A stretch of 62,564 nucleotides of DNA, the filler included. It is 4 parts of 4 records of this genome, joined end to end, with 100 filler letters (N's around TTAATTAATTAA, not from the genome) between each part and the next. Parts side by side here need not be neighbours in the genome. Positions count along the whole stretch, not along the records: positions 1 to 24,833 come from SRR31156797_14834; 3 more parts are not named here. One strand, written 5' to 3'. Positions 11,024 through 22,100 of the stretch are shown here, piece by piece (position 1 is the stretch's first letter; each line of letters starts with the position of its first letter). Both the position numbers and the translations under genes were made by a program. The notes below the pieces were generated by a model. It was not told where the DNA came from. It did no database searches and saw only the letters and a list, made by a program, of their open reading frames with translations.

Positions 11024-11052
11024 AAAGCAAGTAAGATAATCTTACTTGCTTT
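11024..11052. terminator. Rho-independent terminator (for the minus-strand tctC paralogue; possibly bidirectional)
   Basis: 14-bp perfect inverted repeat AAAGCAAGTAAGAT / ATCTTACTTGCTTT with a T-run on the minus strand. Confidence 0.75.
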
Positions 11053-11075
11053 AAAGTATATCGGTGTTATGCTTT

Positions 11076-12071
11076 TTATTTTTTTAATAAATTACGATAT
11101 TTTAATAAGCTATTTCTAATATTTTTAAGATATAATGTTGCTTCATCTTTTGAATAATAACTAACAGGCTGTTTAAACATACTCAATTCCTTAATATATT
11201 CTTCATCATTAATTATTTGTGCAATTATAGAATCCATTTTATCAACTATTCTCCGATCAGTTCCGAGAGGAAAAGCTGCAATATATGGTTTTTCAATAAA
11301 AATATCAATACCTTTTTCCTTCATTGTCGGAACGTGAGATAAATACTCATTTCTTTCTTGGTTAAATTGAGCCAAAACTAATAAATCTCCGGATTTTTCA
11401 TAATTAATTATTGATCCGTATGAAAGTAATGAAAGTTCAGTATATCCATCTAGAAGGGCTTCAATTTTATCAGGAAGTGAACCAGTATCAACAATTTTTA
11501 ATTTAATGTTAGTTCTTTCTTCAAGTATCAAACCTTGAAGGTGAGTTATACTCCCTAATTCTGAGCTATAAATGAACTCATTTTGTTTTAATTTTGTTTT
11601 ATTTAACAAACCGTCTATTGATCTAACATTGGATTGTTTGGTTGCAACTAGTACTAAACTTTTATCAATTGCAAAAACACTTGATATTTCAAAGCTACTG
11701 AAATTATAATTAACCAATCCACTAATTTCATTTATAATCATTGGCCCTGTATGAGTACAAAGCAATGTATAGCCATCAGGTTTTGCATCTTTAACATAAG
11801 AAGTAGCTAGACTTCCTCCTCCTCCTTCCATATTTTTAATCAACATCGGTTGACCGGTTATTCTTTCAAAGTACTTGGCTAAAGTTCGAGTGTTAAAATC
11901 AGTATCACCACCAGCCTGTGCATGAACTATTACTTCGATTGGTTTTAAAGGCCATTTAACAGGAGATTTTTCTGATAAAACTTTTTTTTCAGAACTAGCA
12001 ACATCTTTTTCCTTATTGCAGGAAATAATCAAAATAATAAACATTAGAAGAAATATAAAACTTTTTTTCAT
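11076..12071 (-). CDS. Orphan TctC/Bug family substrate-binding lipoprotein
   Basis: Lipobox-like LIISC, WPLKPIEVIV, AGGDTD, GGGG, PDGYTLL, VPTMKEKG. Confidence 0.9.
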   Translation of the reverse strand: MKKSFIFLLMFIILIISCNKEKDVASSEKKVLSEKSPVKWPLKPIEVIVHAQAGGDTDFNTRTLAKYFERITGQPMLIKNMEGGGGSLATSYVKDAKPDGYTLLCTHTGPMIINEISGLVNYNFSSFEISSVFAIDKSLVLVATKQSNVRSIDGLLNKTKLKQNEFIYSSELGSITHLQGLILEERTNIKLKIVDTGSLPDKIEALLDGYTELSLLSYGSIINYEKSGDLLVLAQFNQERNEYLSHVPTMKEKGIDIFIEKPYIAAFPLGTDRRIVDKMDSIIAQIINDEEYIKELSMFKQPVSYYSKDEATLYLKNIRNSLLKYRNLLKK

Positions 12072-12231
12072 TAATTTTCTCCTTTTTAAACATAAAATGA
12101 TGTATAATTTTATTGTATTTCATTCATAAAAAATACGTAACATTAAATTTACTTACATATAGTATAACCTGATTTATTAAAAAAAAACAATCAAAATATT
12201 CTATTTTTTAGACTAACTAAGGTGGTATAAT

Positions 12232-13227
12232 ATGAAGAATCTCAGTCAAAACATTCTTTTCTCTATAACCATTGTTCTGTTATTAACAATAATCTTAAAT
12301 TTATTATTGTTCAAAAAAACTTCCTCTACATATAGTTCATATGAACCATTAAATTTTATTTTACCATACGCTGTAGGAACAAACGCAGATATAGAAATTA
12401 AAGATTTAATCCCTTATGTAGAAAAAGAACTGGGGATACCAATAACCATTATTAATAAACCGGGAAATGACGGTTGGAATGCATGGACTCAGCTTTTTGA
12501 TGGAAATGATGATGATAATACTATCGGATATATTGATACTCCTACTTTTTTAACTGGATATTTAAATCCTAGGTATAAAAACAGAAAAGTCAGTTTTCGA
12601 GAATTAAATTTAATAGCTACACATATTTTCAATTCATATGCTATAGCTGTTAGAGCAGATGACAAAAGATTTAATAATTTTCAAGATTTAATTGAATATT
12701 CAAGAGAACAAAATGTAAGCATTATTTCTCCTAAAAAAGGAGATGCCGGACATCTTGCCTCACTTAAATTCAATCAAAAATACATTACTAATTTTATATC
12801 CGTTCATACAAGCGGGAGAATTCTCGGAGCTGAAACTCTCCTCAAAGGATATACAGATGTTATCTTCGACAATGCAGGAATATTATCGAGAGCAGAAAAG
12901 GAAGGAAAAATAAAAATTTTGGCAGTTGTTTCGTCTAAGAGAAGTAAGTTTCTACCAAATACTCCTACTGTTGATGAATTAGGATATGATGCCATCCATG
13001 CATGGGCAAGTAGTGGAATTGTCGCTCCAATAGGGATGAATCCGCAAAAAATTAAATTATTAAAATCAGCCTTTGAAAAAGCTATCAATAACAAAGAACA
13101 TCTAAAAAAAATGAATTCACTTGGCTATGAAATAAAATTTCTAAAAGATAATGAATATTACCAATTTTTAGAAGAAGAAGAAGAAAGTATCAGAAAGATT
13201 ATTAATATAATCTATTTTTTAAGTTAA
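12232..13227 (+). CDS. TctC/Bug family protein, membrane-anchored, co-transcribed with a sensor kinase
   Basis: N-terminal TM, ILPYAVG, INKPG, TPTVDELG; 10 nt upstream of the LytS-type gene. Confidence 0.82.
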   Translation: MKNLSQNILFSITIVLLLTIILNLLLFKKTSSTYSSYEPLNFILPYAVGTNADIEIKDLIPYVEKELGIPITIINKPGNDGWNAWTQLFDGNDDDNTIGYIDTPTFLTGYLNPRYKNRKVSFRELNLIATHIFNSYAIAVRADDKRFNNFQDLIEYSREQNVSIISPKKGDAGHLASLKFNQKYITNFISVHTSGRILGAETLLKGYTDVIFDNAGILSRAEKEGKIKILAVVSSKRSKFLPNTPTVDELGYDAIHAWASSGIVAPIGMNPQKIKLLKSAFEKAINNKEHLKKMNSLGYEIKFLKDNEYYQFLEEEEESIRKIINIIYFLS

Positions 13228-13237
13228 GGGTGATATT

Positions 13238-14953
13238 ATGCATTTTATTGAATTTATATTTATAAATCTAAAAATATCTGCTGTAATTTGTTTATTAGCA
13301 TATATTTTGACTAAATCAAGGAGTTTTAAAAGAGCTGTAATAATGCTCCAAGAAAAGCGTGATATCTATTTTTTAAGTATTTTTTTCGGAATTGTCTCTC
13401 TTATAGGTTCTTTTTTAGGTGTAGAAATTTTCAATGGAATTACACTTCAAAGCAGTACCATAGGACCAATTGTCGGAGGAATAATTGCTGGACCAACTGT
13501 TGGTATGGTATCTGGTATTATCGGTAGTCTATTTTGGATACAAAATACTTCTTTTATCCATATTCCAATGTTTTATACGACTATAATTGCTGGTGTTATA
13601 GGGGCTGCATTTTATAAGTTTTTTGACAAAGAAAGATTGTCCATAAAAAAAGCATTCACCGCTTCATTTATTGTTGAATTAATTTCAATACTTTTAATTT
13701 TAATACTTGCTAAACCAATTATTTTGGCAAATATGGTAGTTAAGATGATCAATCCGGTTACCGTTATTGTCAATTCAATAGGTGCTGCTCTTTTCATAGG
13801 TATTATTAAAGATATTGAAACCAGTCTGGACTCAATAGGAGCCAATTATGCAGAGAAAGCACTAGAAATTGCAAAACAAACTTTACCAATCTTAGAAGAT
13901 GGTTTTAATCAGGAAACAGCACTAGAAATTGTAAGAGTAATCTATAAATATGCAAATGTCGATGCTGTTGCAATTACAAATACAAAAAATTTAATGGCAT
14001 TTAAAGGAATCGGTGAAGACCATCATATTCCGGGTAATCCAATTTCTACTCTTTCAACTCAAAATATAGTAAATATAAAAGGGGTTTTAAATTCACAAGT
14101 ATTGATAACTAATCACAAAAATGAGATCGGATGTTACAAGCAAAACTGCCCTTTAGATGCTATCGTGGCTGCACCAATTACCTGCGATAAAGAACTTTTA
14201 GGATATATTAAACTTTATAGAGTCAAGACAGATATAAACTCTTCAGATATTAAAATGACAACGGGAATTGCCAACCTGCTTAGTTTACAACTTCAAACAG
14301 TAAAACTTAACGAACAAAATAAACTACTCTCACGAGCTGAATATTCTGCATTAAAAGCACAGGTTAATCCGCATTTTCTCTTTAATACTTTAAGTGTCAT
14401 TAAATGGCTTATATCTACAAATCCAAGTTATGCAAAAGATACCATCGTTAGGCTTGCATCTTTTTACAGAAAAGTCCTAAAAAGAACTGGAGACATGATA
14501 ACTTTTTCCGAGGAGCTTGAAGCAGTTAGCTTATACATTGATTTGCAAAAAGCCAGGTTTTCAGACCGTTTAGAAATTATCACAAATATTGATGAAACTT
14601 GTTCAAATATACTATTCCCAAGTTTTATATTACAACCAATAGTAGAAAATGCCATAAAACATGGCTTTTCCAAGGAAATACAAAAATTTAAAGTTAGTAT
14701 TGAAGCTTCCTTAAAAAATAACTATATGCACTTAATAATTTTTGACAGTGGCCACGGTTTTCCTAATGATATAATTAACGCTGTAGAAAATAATATTATT
14801 AAAAATAGTATGGGAATAGGGTTGACTAATATAAATAGAAGATTAAAAAATTTATATGGAAATAACTATATTTTTAAATTGGAAAATACCTCAAATGGTG
14901 CAATTGTAAAAATCGGAATTCCAATTAATCAGGAGGTTTTTAATGAAAATTAA
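13238..14953 (+). CDS. LytS/YehU-family sensor histidine kinase (5TMR-LYT + GAF + His_kinase)
   Basis: N-terminal TM bundle with GGIIAGP, GEDHHIPG, ALKAQVNPHFLFNTL H-box, LQPIVENAIKHG, GIGLTNINRRL. Confidence 0.93.
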   Translation: MHFIEFIFINLKISAVICLLAYILTKSRSFKRAVIMLQEKRDIYFLSIFFGIVSLIGSFLGVEIFNGITLQSSTIGPIVGGIIAGPTVGMVSGIIGSLFWIQNTSFIHIPMFYTTIIAGVIGAAFYKFFDKERLSIKKAFTASFIVELISILLILILAKPIILANMVVKMINPVTVIVNSIGAALFIGIIKDIETSLDSIGANYAEKALEIAKQTLPILEDGFNQETALEIVRVIYKYANVDAVAITNTKNLMAFKGIGEDHHIPGNPISTLSTQNIVNIKGVLNSQVLITNHKNEIGCYKQNCPLDAIVAAPITCDKELLGYIKLYRVKTDINSSDIKMTTGIANLLSLQLQTVKLNEQNKLLSRAEYSALKAQVNPHFLFNTLSVIKWLISTNPSYAKDTIVRLASFYRKVLKRTGDMITFSEELEAVSLYIDLQKARFSDRLEIITNIDETCSNILFPSFILQPIVENAIKHGFSKEIQKFKVSIEASLKNNYMHLIIFDSGHGFPNDIINAVENNIIKNSMGIGLTNINRRLKNLYGNNYIFKLENTSNGAIVKIGIPINQEVFNEN

Positions 14954-15677
14954 TATATTAATAGCTGACGACGAACCCCATATTTGTTCTGAGTTAGAAA
15001 GTATTTTTCAAGAAATAAAAGATGTAAAGATTGCAGCCATCTGTCACTCAGGAGATGAAGCGTTAGATCAAATATGCAAACTAAAACCTGACCTTGTATT
15101 TTTAGATATCAATATGCCAGGTTTTGATGGAATACAATTAGGAAATTTTTTAAAACAAACAAATATTGAACCATATATTATTTACCTTACAGCTTATGAT
15201 AAATTCGCTGTTGATGCGTTTAAGGTTGGTGCAAAAGGATATTTGCTTAAACCTTTTATGGAAAGTGACATTATAGAACAAATTAATATCGCTAGAAACT
15301 ATATCAAGATATTAGAAAATAATAAGGTGGAACAAGAAGAAAGTACAAATCATGTATGTGGTAAAATTAATGATAAAATTATTCCCCTAGAAATATCAAA
15401 TATTGTAGCTGCTTATTCAAAAGATAGAGTTGTGTATCTCAAAAATAAAAATAAAGAATATACTAGTAATTTATCTCTAATCCAATTAAAATCAATATTT
15501 AATAGTAATAATTTTTTTCAATGTCATAGAAGTTTTATAGTTAATATTTATAATATAAAGGAAGTTATTCCTTGGTTCAACGGAACGTATATGCTTGTCA
15601 TGAATGATGTTGAAAATACCAGAGTTCCTGTAAGTCGTAATTATGTAAAAGCTTTAAAGGAAAAACTCAACCTTTAA
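14943..15677 (+). CDS. LytTR-family response regulator
   Basis: REC domain (IADDE, FLDINMPG, TAYD, YLLKPF) plus LytTR domain (FFQCHRSFIVN, VPVSR); overlaps the kinase stop. Confidence 0.95.
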   Translation: MKINILIADDEPHICSELESIFQEIKDVKIAAICHSGDEALDQICKLKPDLVFLDINMPGFDGIQLGNFLKQTNIEPYIIYLTAYDKFAVDAFKVGAKGYLLKPFMESDIIEQINIARNYIKILENNKVEQEESTNHVCGKINDKIIPLEISNIVAAYSKDRVVYLKNKNKEYTSNLSLIQLKSIFNSNNFFQCHRSFIVNIYNIKEVIPWFNGTYMLVMNDVENTRVPVSRNYVKALKEKLNL

Positions 15678-15942
15678 ATATATAAGTAAATATAAGGATA
15701 TTAACACACAGCCATCAGGCTAAGGAATAATTGTTTAATATAGAATTAAAACGAAGTATGATATCAATTAATGATGTTATTTTTCTAAATTAGAAGTATT
15801 TAATATAGATAGGAAAAAATACCTGTACTGAAAATTTAGGAGCTAAATCAAAAGTTAGTATAAGTTGGCATTATTATAACTTCTGCTTTAATTCAATAAA
15901 AATATTTTCCATATGTCGATATAAATTGACTGCAATATAAAG

Positions 15943-15978
15943 AAGCCTTCCGAATAATAAAATTCAGGAGGCTTTTTT
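15943..15978 (+). terminator. Probable rho-independent terminator
   Basis: AAGCCTTCCGAAT / ATTCAGGAGGCTT imperfect stem followed by a T-run. Confidence 0.55.
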
Positions 15979-16029
15979 AAAGGAGTTGGTATTAGTAAAA
16001 AAAGGAGCTATTGTTTTTTTATTAGTGAG

Positions 16030-16194
16030 TTGCTGAAGAGCAGCCGTAAGGAAAGAGACCATTCCTTCAGTTCCTCATAACTTTTAATATTTATGATAAT
16101 TATTTTTACTACACACATAAAGATTTTCCTTCTTTTTCTTCAAAAAAATTGCTGAAGACAATCCGCAAAGAGGAGAGGATTGTATCTTCAGCAA
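16030..16194. repeat. Two diverged copies of a ~45-nt hairpin element
   Basis: TTGCTGAAGA...CTTCAG starts at 16030 and at 16149. Copy 2 folds TTGCTGAAGACAATCC / GGATTG(TA)TCTTCAGCAA. Confidence 0.5.
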
Positions 16195-16313
16195 CTTCTA
16201 ATAATAGTGGTGGTTTTCATAGAAAATGGCAACATTTTCTTAATATTCTTATATAAATTATACTTTAGATCGTAAGCAAAACCAACACAATTTCTTTCAT
16301 CTTATTTAAAAAC

Positions 16314-16484
16314 TTATATCCACTTAAATACTATTTTTATTACAATTCTAATTAATATTAGCAAAAAAATAAGTCGCAATAAGTATTTTATCGTATTTAA
16401 ACTTTTTCTTCTACTTAAACTGATATATATATCTTTCTTAGTTTTTTTATAGATTTTATCATCTTTTTTATCTCCTAAACCCAT
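16314..16484 (-). CDS. Small basic protein with C-terminal TM helix (hypothetical)
   Basis: ATG 16484 preceded by AAAGGTGAG; 56 aa ending LLRLIFLLILIRIVIKIVFKWI. Confidence 0.5.
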   Translation of the reverse strand: MGLGDKKDDKIYKKTKKDIYISLSRRKSLNTIKYLLRLIFLLILIRIVIKIVFKWI

Positions 16485-16575
16485 AAACTCACCTTTATCA
16501 ATTTTATAATAGAAAACAAGACTCAAAGAGCCTTGTTTTTTCATTATAGATTTTAGTTAGATTTCTAATTTAAAT

Positions 16576-18138
16576 TTATACTATCACTTCAAATATTTCT
16601 TTTCCGTTTATATTTGTTCTATCGATTAGATACTCTTTATTTTTATTAAAATTATAGAATACCATATAACCTTTATCCAGATTTTGAGCTTCGAGATATT
16701 CAAAAAGTTGCTCTTTACCTTCCTGCTCATACTTACCGCCACGCCAAATCTTAAGCTCTACCACATATTTCTTCTTGTTGTAAGTAATCACTATATCCAT
16801 TCGGTTTGATTTTCTGGTTTCAGCTTCAACAAAATAAAAACCAGTACCATTTATTATTGGTTTAATAAATGCTAAAAATAGAAGCCGTCCTTCTCTCTCA
16901 ACAAACTTTTCATCCACTTCTCGGTATTCTGCTTTCATTAGTTCTTGAAACTTTTCAAGAACTAATTCCATATTCAACTCGCCATTGTCATCTATAAATT
17001 TTGCTTCATACTTATATTTTAATGTTGCATTTCCTTCTCTTATGCCTCTCATTTCAATTAAATAATTATACAATCTAATTTCAAATATTTTATTATGAAG
17101 TTTTAGTTTGCCATCTAAACCTTCTTTAGTTATTCCAAACATTTTTGAAAGAGCGTAAGCATCAGGATTATAGCTTATTTCTTCTCCATTCAATATAAGG
17201 CGCTCTATCAGCTCATAAATTTCCTTATATGTATTAATATTTTTAAGTAGATCATCAAATAAAGTATTACTTTCTTTTAATATCAATTTAACAGCAGTCT
17301 CTAAGCCTTCTTCTGTAAAACTCCTATTAAGTTGTTCATCCATCAGATAACATAACTTACTTACCAAGTATGGATAACCGCTTGTATAAGTATATAACTT
17401 ATCTGACATTAGTTCTTTATCCATTCCGGTATTTATATCTTCTTCATATTGATCCAACATCGTTTTAATCTCTGCAGCTGAAAAACTCATATCTACGTTG
17501 AAATCAATTGCTATATTCCAAGGACTATTAAACTGTATTGCTGTTTCACCTGTCATTTTCATTTTAATATTCTTAATGTCATGAACTCCAGCAAGTATAA
17601 CGCTATGGAAAGTATTATCTCGATCTCTTTGAGCCATTAAGTACTTACTTCTTAACATTCCAAGAAAATTAAGGAAAAGAACATGATTACTTGCTCTATC
17701 TACCTCGTCTATAAGGAGTACAATTTTTTTATTAGAATTATTTACTATTTCAGAAATAACTCTTGAAAGATCTAATAGTGTCGAGCAGCTACCATTTTTT
17801 GAAATAGTGAACTTTTTTAACTCTTCATCATTTAATAAATTTTCTGACATTTGAGATAGAAAAGCTTTACAGAACATCTCCTCAGTTTCAAATATAACTT
17901 CTCCAGTTCCTTCAAAACTTATTGAAATAAGTGTATAATCCTCTTGTAATTTTTCTTCTAATAAGAAAATAGTTGTTGTTTTTCCATACTGTCTTGGTCT
18001 ATTTATTGTAAAATATTCACCATAATCTATATATTTATTTATTTCATTCAGTTTATTAGTTGTATCAACCATATAATGTTTTTTTGGAATACAAGTTCCT
18101 GTATAATTAAATCTCTTCATAGACTTCATTCCTTTCAT
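16576..18138 (-). CDS. AAA-like ATPase fused to a C-terminal PD-(D/E)XK nuclease domain
   Basis: Walker A RPRQYGKTT, Walker B LLIDEVD, TSGYPYLV, C-terminal RMDIVI...VVELKIW...QL..YL. Confidence 0.85.
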   Translation of the reverse strand: MKGMKSMKRFNYTGTCIPKKHYMVDTTNKLNEINKYIDYGEYFTINRPRQYGKTTTIFLLEEKLQEDYTLISISFEGTGEVIFETEEMFCKAFLSQMSENLLNDEELKKFTISKNGSCSTLLDLSRVISEIVNNSNKKIVLLIDEVDRASNHVLFLNFLGMLRSKYLMAQRDRDNTFHSVILAGVHDIKNIKMKMTGETAIQFNSPWNIAIDFNVDMSFSAAEIKTMLDQYEEDINTGMDKELMSDKLYTYTSGYPYLVSKLCYLMDEQLNRSFTEEGLETAVKLILKESNTLFDDLLKNINTYKEIYELIERLILNGEEISYNPDAYALSKMFGITKEGLDGKLKLHNKIFEIRLYNYLIEMRGIREGNATLKYKYEAKFIDDNGELNMELVLEKFQELMKAEYREVDEKFVEREGRLLFLAFIKPIINGTGFYFVEAETRKSNRMDIVITYNKKKYVVELKIWRGGKYEQEGKEQLFEYLEAQNLDKGYMVFYNFNKNKEYLIDRTNINGKEIFEVIV

Positions 18139-18552
18139 AGGAGTTATAATTATCTCGTTAATTTTACATCTTCATTAAATTATATCATACTATTCAATAC
18201 TATGCATATACTAGATTATGTAAAAAATAACTTGCTTAAACAGCAAACTACTACTTTTAACTTAACTCCATTTAGCTGTAATTTTCATTATTTATTTTCA
18301 AAGTTAAAATGGATCAGGATTAAATTGATTTTTACCTTTATCACGTGTAGGACTCTTGTTTGGTTCTAATCTAAAATTTTATATCATGGAATTTGTATGC
18401 TAAGTTTTGAAATAATTTAATCAATTATCAAAATATTCCTCACCCTTTCATCCGTAAAAAAAAATATATTTCCATTCTAAAAAGGAATCGATGCTTGTAT
18501 AACCTTCATTAATCATGATATAATAACTAAAAAATCATAACAGAGGTAAATT

Positions 18553-18888
18553 ATGAATATAAGTAAAAGTAAAGAAGGTTTGCAAACAATTATTAATCTT
18601 TTCAAAAAGTACCACCTAACACAAAATTTAGTTGAACAAGGTATATATTACTGCTTGGAGTTTCAAACTAAGCCCTTCTCTAAAAATGGTGAAACACAAA
18701 GATATTTTATTAGAGGATACAGTGCAAATAAAGTGACCTTATATAACTGCTTAATAGAAATTCATGAGGAATTTAACATGAATTACGATTTTATAAAAAG
18801 CATTAGCATCGAAAATTTTGAAGAATATGTTTTCAAGATAAGCACATTTTTTATTGAAGGAAAATTTTATTCGTTAACTAGAAAATAG
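18553..18888 (+). CDS. Hypothetical protein
   Basis: 111-aa ORF with AGAGGT RBS, followed by a hairpin at 18890-18917. Confidence 0.55.
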   Translation: MNISKSKEGLQTIINLFKKYHLTQNLVEQGIYYCLEFQTKPFSKNGETQRYFIRGYSANKVTLYNCLIEIHEEFNMNYDFIKSISIENFEEYVFKISTFFIEGKFYSLTRK

Positions 18889-18971
18889 AGAAAGCAGCCT
18901 CTTATAAGGCTACTTTCCAATCAGGAGTAATATTTATGAAAATTGTTCAATAACTCTTTTTATATTGACTA

Positions 18972-19182
18972 TTATTGAAAAGTAACTTTAACACTTTCAA
19001 AACTCTTAAATATTAAACAATGTTTGATTTTCTTCTCAATAAAGCGGTGATCTTGCTCCACAATATTATTCAAGTATTTGATCGGTTTCCTAGGATTTTC
19101 AGAAGACTTTAATTGCAGACTTTTTATTTCTTTTTTTACTTAACATGAAATCTATGATGTTTCCATATGAATCTACTGCCCA
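18972..19182 (-). pseudogene. IS6-family (IS240/IS26-like) transposase remnant
   Basis: Hand translation gives WAVDSYGNIIDFMLSKKRNKKSAIKVF* (19182-19099) and KYLNNIVEQDHRFIEKKIK...FKSF (19079-18972). These are the two hallmark IS6 DDE segments, with the intervening part deleted. Confidence 0.85.
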
Positions 19183-19189
19183 GCAGCTG

Positions 19190-22100
19190 CTATCTTTCCA
19201 GTTCTATTTCCTTTTCTTTTTCTAATCTTTCCCTAAAAATTCTAAGTAAGTTTTCAATATGAAACTCTTCATCTAGTTCATTATCTTTTATATAGTCTTT
19301 TTCCCCAGATTCTTTGAACTCAACTTCACTATCATCTTCATTTACATACATCTCAATACTATATTCTTCATACATCATTTTATCTAGTTCGTCCAACGAG
19401 CTGCATTTTGGAATAACTTCTTCCATTATTTCTTCTATATATTGTATTCTTTCAACTCTAAGATCTTTTGAAGAGTATGCTCTCTTTTCTAACTCTTTTA
19501 CTCTCTCTGGAGATTTTTTGCTTAGCTTAACTTTATAATCTCTTTCCCCTAAGTTAGAAGATTTCTCTTCAAATATTTGCTTTTGATTTAATTCATTTTG
19601 TTCTTTTATGTAATTATCTTTAAATTTTATATATAAAATAGAGCTTTCATTTTGTATTTTATGTGCTCTTGATGTCACTTTTTCAATTTCCTGATTATTA
19701 TTGTTTATATATGAATTGTTCTTATTTATTGATTTAGCAATGATGTTTCTTGCGTCAGTTTTATTAAAAAGTTCCTCCTCTTTTTGTGTAATTTGCTTAG
19801 AATAATCAATTTTAATTTCCCTAGCTTTATCATCTCGTAACTCTCGTTGCTGCTGTTCGTATATTTCTTTATTAAAAAGCTTTCTAACAGCAGGTTTAAA
19901 GTTTTCTAATTTTAAATTTCTTATTTGACTATCTCTTTCTTTTTTCAGATAATCTATTTTTGACTTTAATAAATCACGCCTGGAGTCTATTTCTTTTATT
20001 TTTTCTCTACCATTTCTGTTTTCAGCTGCTAATTTCTCATTTTCCTTTGTTAGATCTTGATATTTCTCTTTCAATTCTCCCATTTCATTAGTTAAACGCC
20101 TCCTGAAGTCATTAAATGATTTTTTTATTTGCGCTTCATCAATCTTTAGCGATCTATAATTTGGCTCATAATCATTCTTATCCGAAGCACGGTCTAGTTC
20201 TTTAGTAGGCTTATTTTCTCTAACAACTTCAGTCTTAACTTGAAGATCCTGCTCAAGTTTAAGTTCATCATATATTTCTCCAGATGTTTTATTTAGCATA
20301 ACTCTAGTTATTTCTGTTTCTTTGCCATTTATTTCCTTACTTATTACAAATCTATTTTTACTTTCTTTCAATATAAAGTCTTCAAAACCATTCCTTATCT
20401 CTTGTCTCAACATCTCTTTTATTTCTGCTTTTGTTTCAGGAAGCTGCTCTTTTATTCTATTTATAATCTCTTTTCGTTCTTGTTTAAAATCGGACAAAGA
20501 CAAATCTAATTCTACAATTTCTTGCTTTACTTCATTTTTTATCTCATCAAGAATAACTAAATTTCTACCGTATCCTTTCTCTTTATTTTCTTCGTTTAGA
20601 TAATCGTAAACAGATATAAACTTATCTGTTTCCCACTTTATTTCAAGGCCAACTTCCTCTATTGATTCTTTATATTTTTCTAATATTTCTTCCGTTTCTA
20701 CAATTCTTTCAGAACTACACACATCTTTTGTTAAAATATATGCTTGCTTTAATTTATAATCAATTTGCTTAATCTCTTGTTCTCTTTGCTTTAAGATTTC
20801 CGGTTTAAGCTCTTCATATATTTCAGCAGCTGTTTTTCCAAATTTAATTTTGGTAATTTCTATTTTCTGCCCATTTATCTCTTTATATATATCAAACCTA
20901 TTTTTTCTTTCTATTACATTGAACTCTTTGAAGTTCTCTATAATCTCTTCTCTTAATATTCTCTTAATCTCATCCTGAGTTCTAAGAACTTGTTCCTTAA
21001 TGGCATTGATAATTTGTTTTCTTTCCTGTTTAAATTCAACTAATGCTTGTTCTTTTAAGAAGTTATGTTCCTGCTCAGCAACTTTTAAAATTTCATTTTG
21101 AATGTCATTTTTTATATCATTAATAATAGTTAAAGATCTTCCATACCCCATCTTTTTTTGATTTTCATTTATATATCTATAAATAGCAATAAATTTCTCA
21201 TCTTTCCATTCGATATTCAAACCTGTTTCTTTAATTTTATCCTCATAAACCTCTTGAATTTTTTCATCATCTACTATTTTATTATCTGCACATGCGGTAA
21301 CTGTTTTTTCATATGCCTTATCTAATTTAGCACTTAGTACTTTTTTATCTTCTTCTATTTTTTCCAATCTAGCAGTTTCAATTTTTTGATTATTTTCAAT
21401 AACTAACTTAACTTCTTCAGATAATTTTTCTGCAAAACTTTTCGTATTAATAGTTATCATTAACTCCTCACTCCCGGAGAAGTTTTTATATATTTCTATC
21501 TTATTTTCTTTAACATCAACTTTTAAATTTTTAAACTCTTCATTCGCTTCAATTGTATATGAAATTAATTCCTTAAGTTTTTCCACATCAGAAATTTCTT
21601 TTTCCTTAGCCTCATCAGATATTATTTTTTTAATCGAGCTTATCTCTTTTTGAACTGACTGTCGAGCTTCGTTTTTTATTTCCTTTTCAATTTCTTCTCG
21701 TTTTAAGTTTACTTCAGGAACTATTTTTTTTAGCCATTCCTCTTTAACTATTCCATAACTATCGATAGAGAAATGTTCGCTGTACTCAAGAAGTTTAATA
21801 TACTTTTCATCTTCTTCTACAATTCTAATATTAAACTCATTTAATTTTTCTTTTAATATCTGAATCATCTCAGATTGATCATCTACTCCATCAAAAATAA
21901 TTTTCTCTTTTGTAATTTCATATACTTTTTCCAGTTCTAAACTAAGTTGTTTTACTTTATACTCATATATCATCTCTTTACTGGGATTATTTTCCCACCT
22001 TAATTCTACTTTTTGAGAGATGTTATTAACAATTTCTATATAGTCTATTTCATACTTTAAATTATTTTGCTCAGAATTTAATTCAGAATTATTAGATAGA

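Noticed and set aside
16030-16194. Tandem glycine riboswitch
   Set aside because: GAGA and GAAG words occur in the wrong order, there is no CUCUCAGG, and no downstream gene fits.
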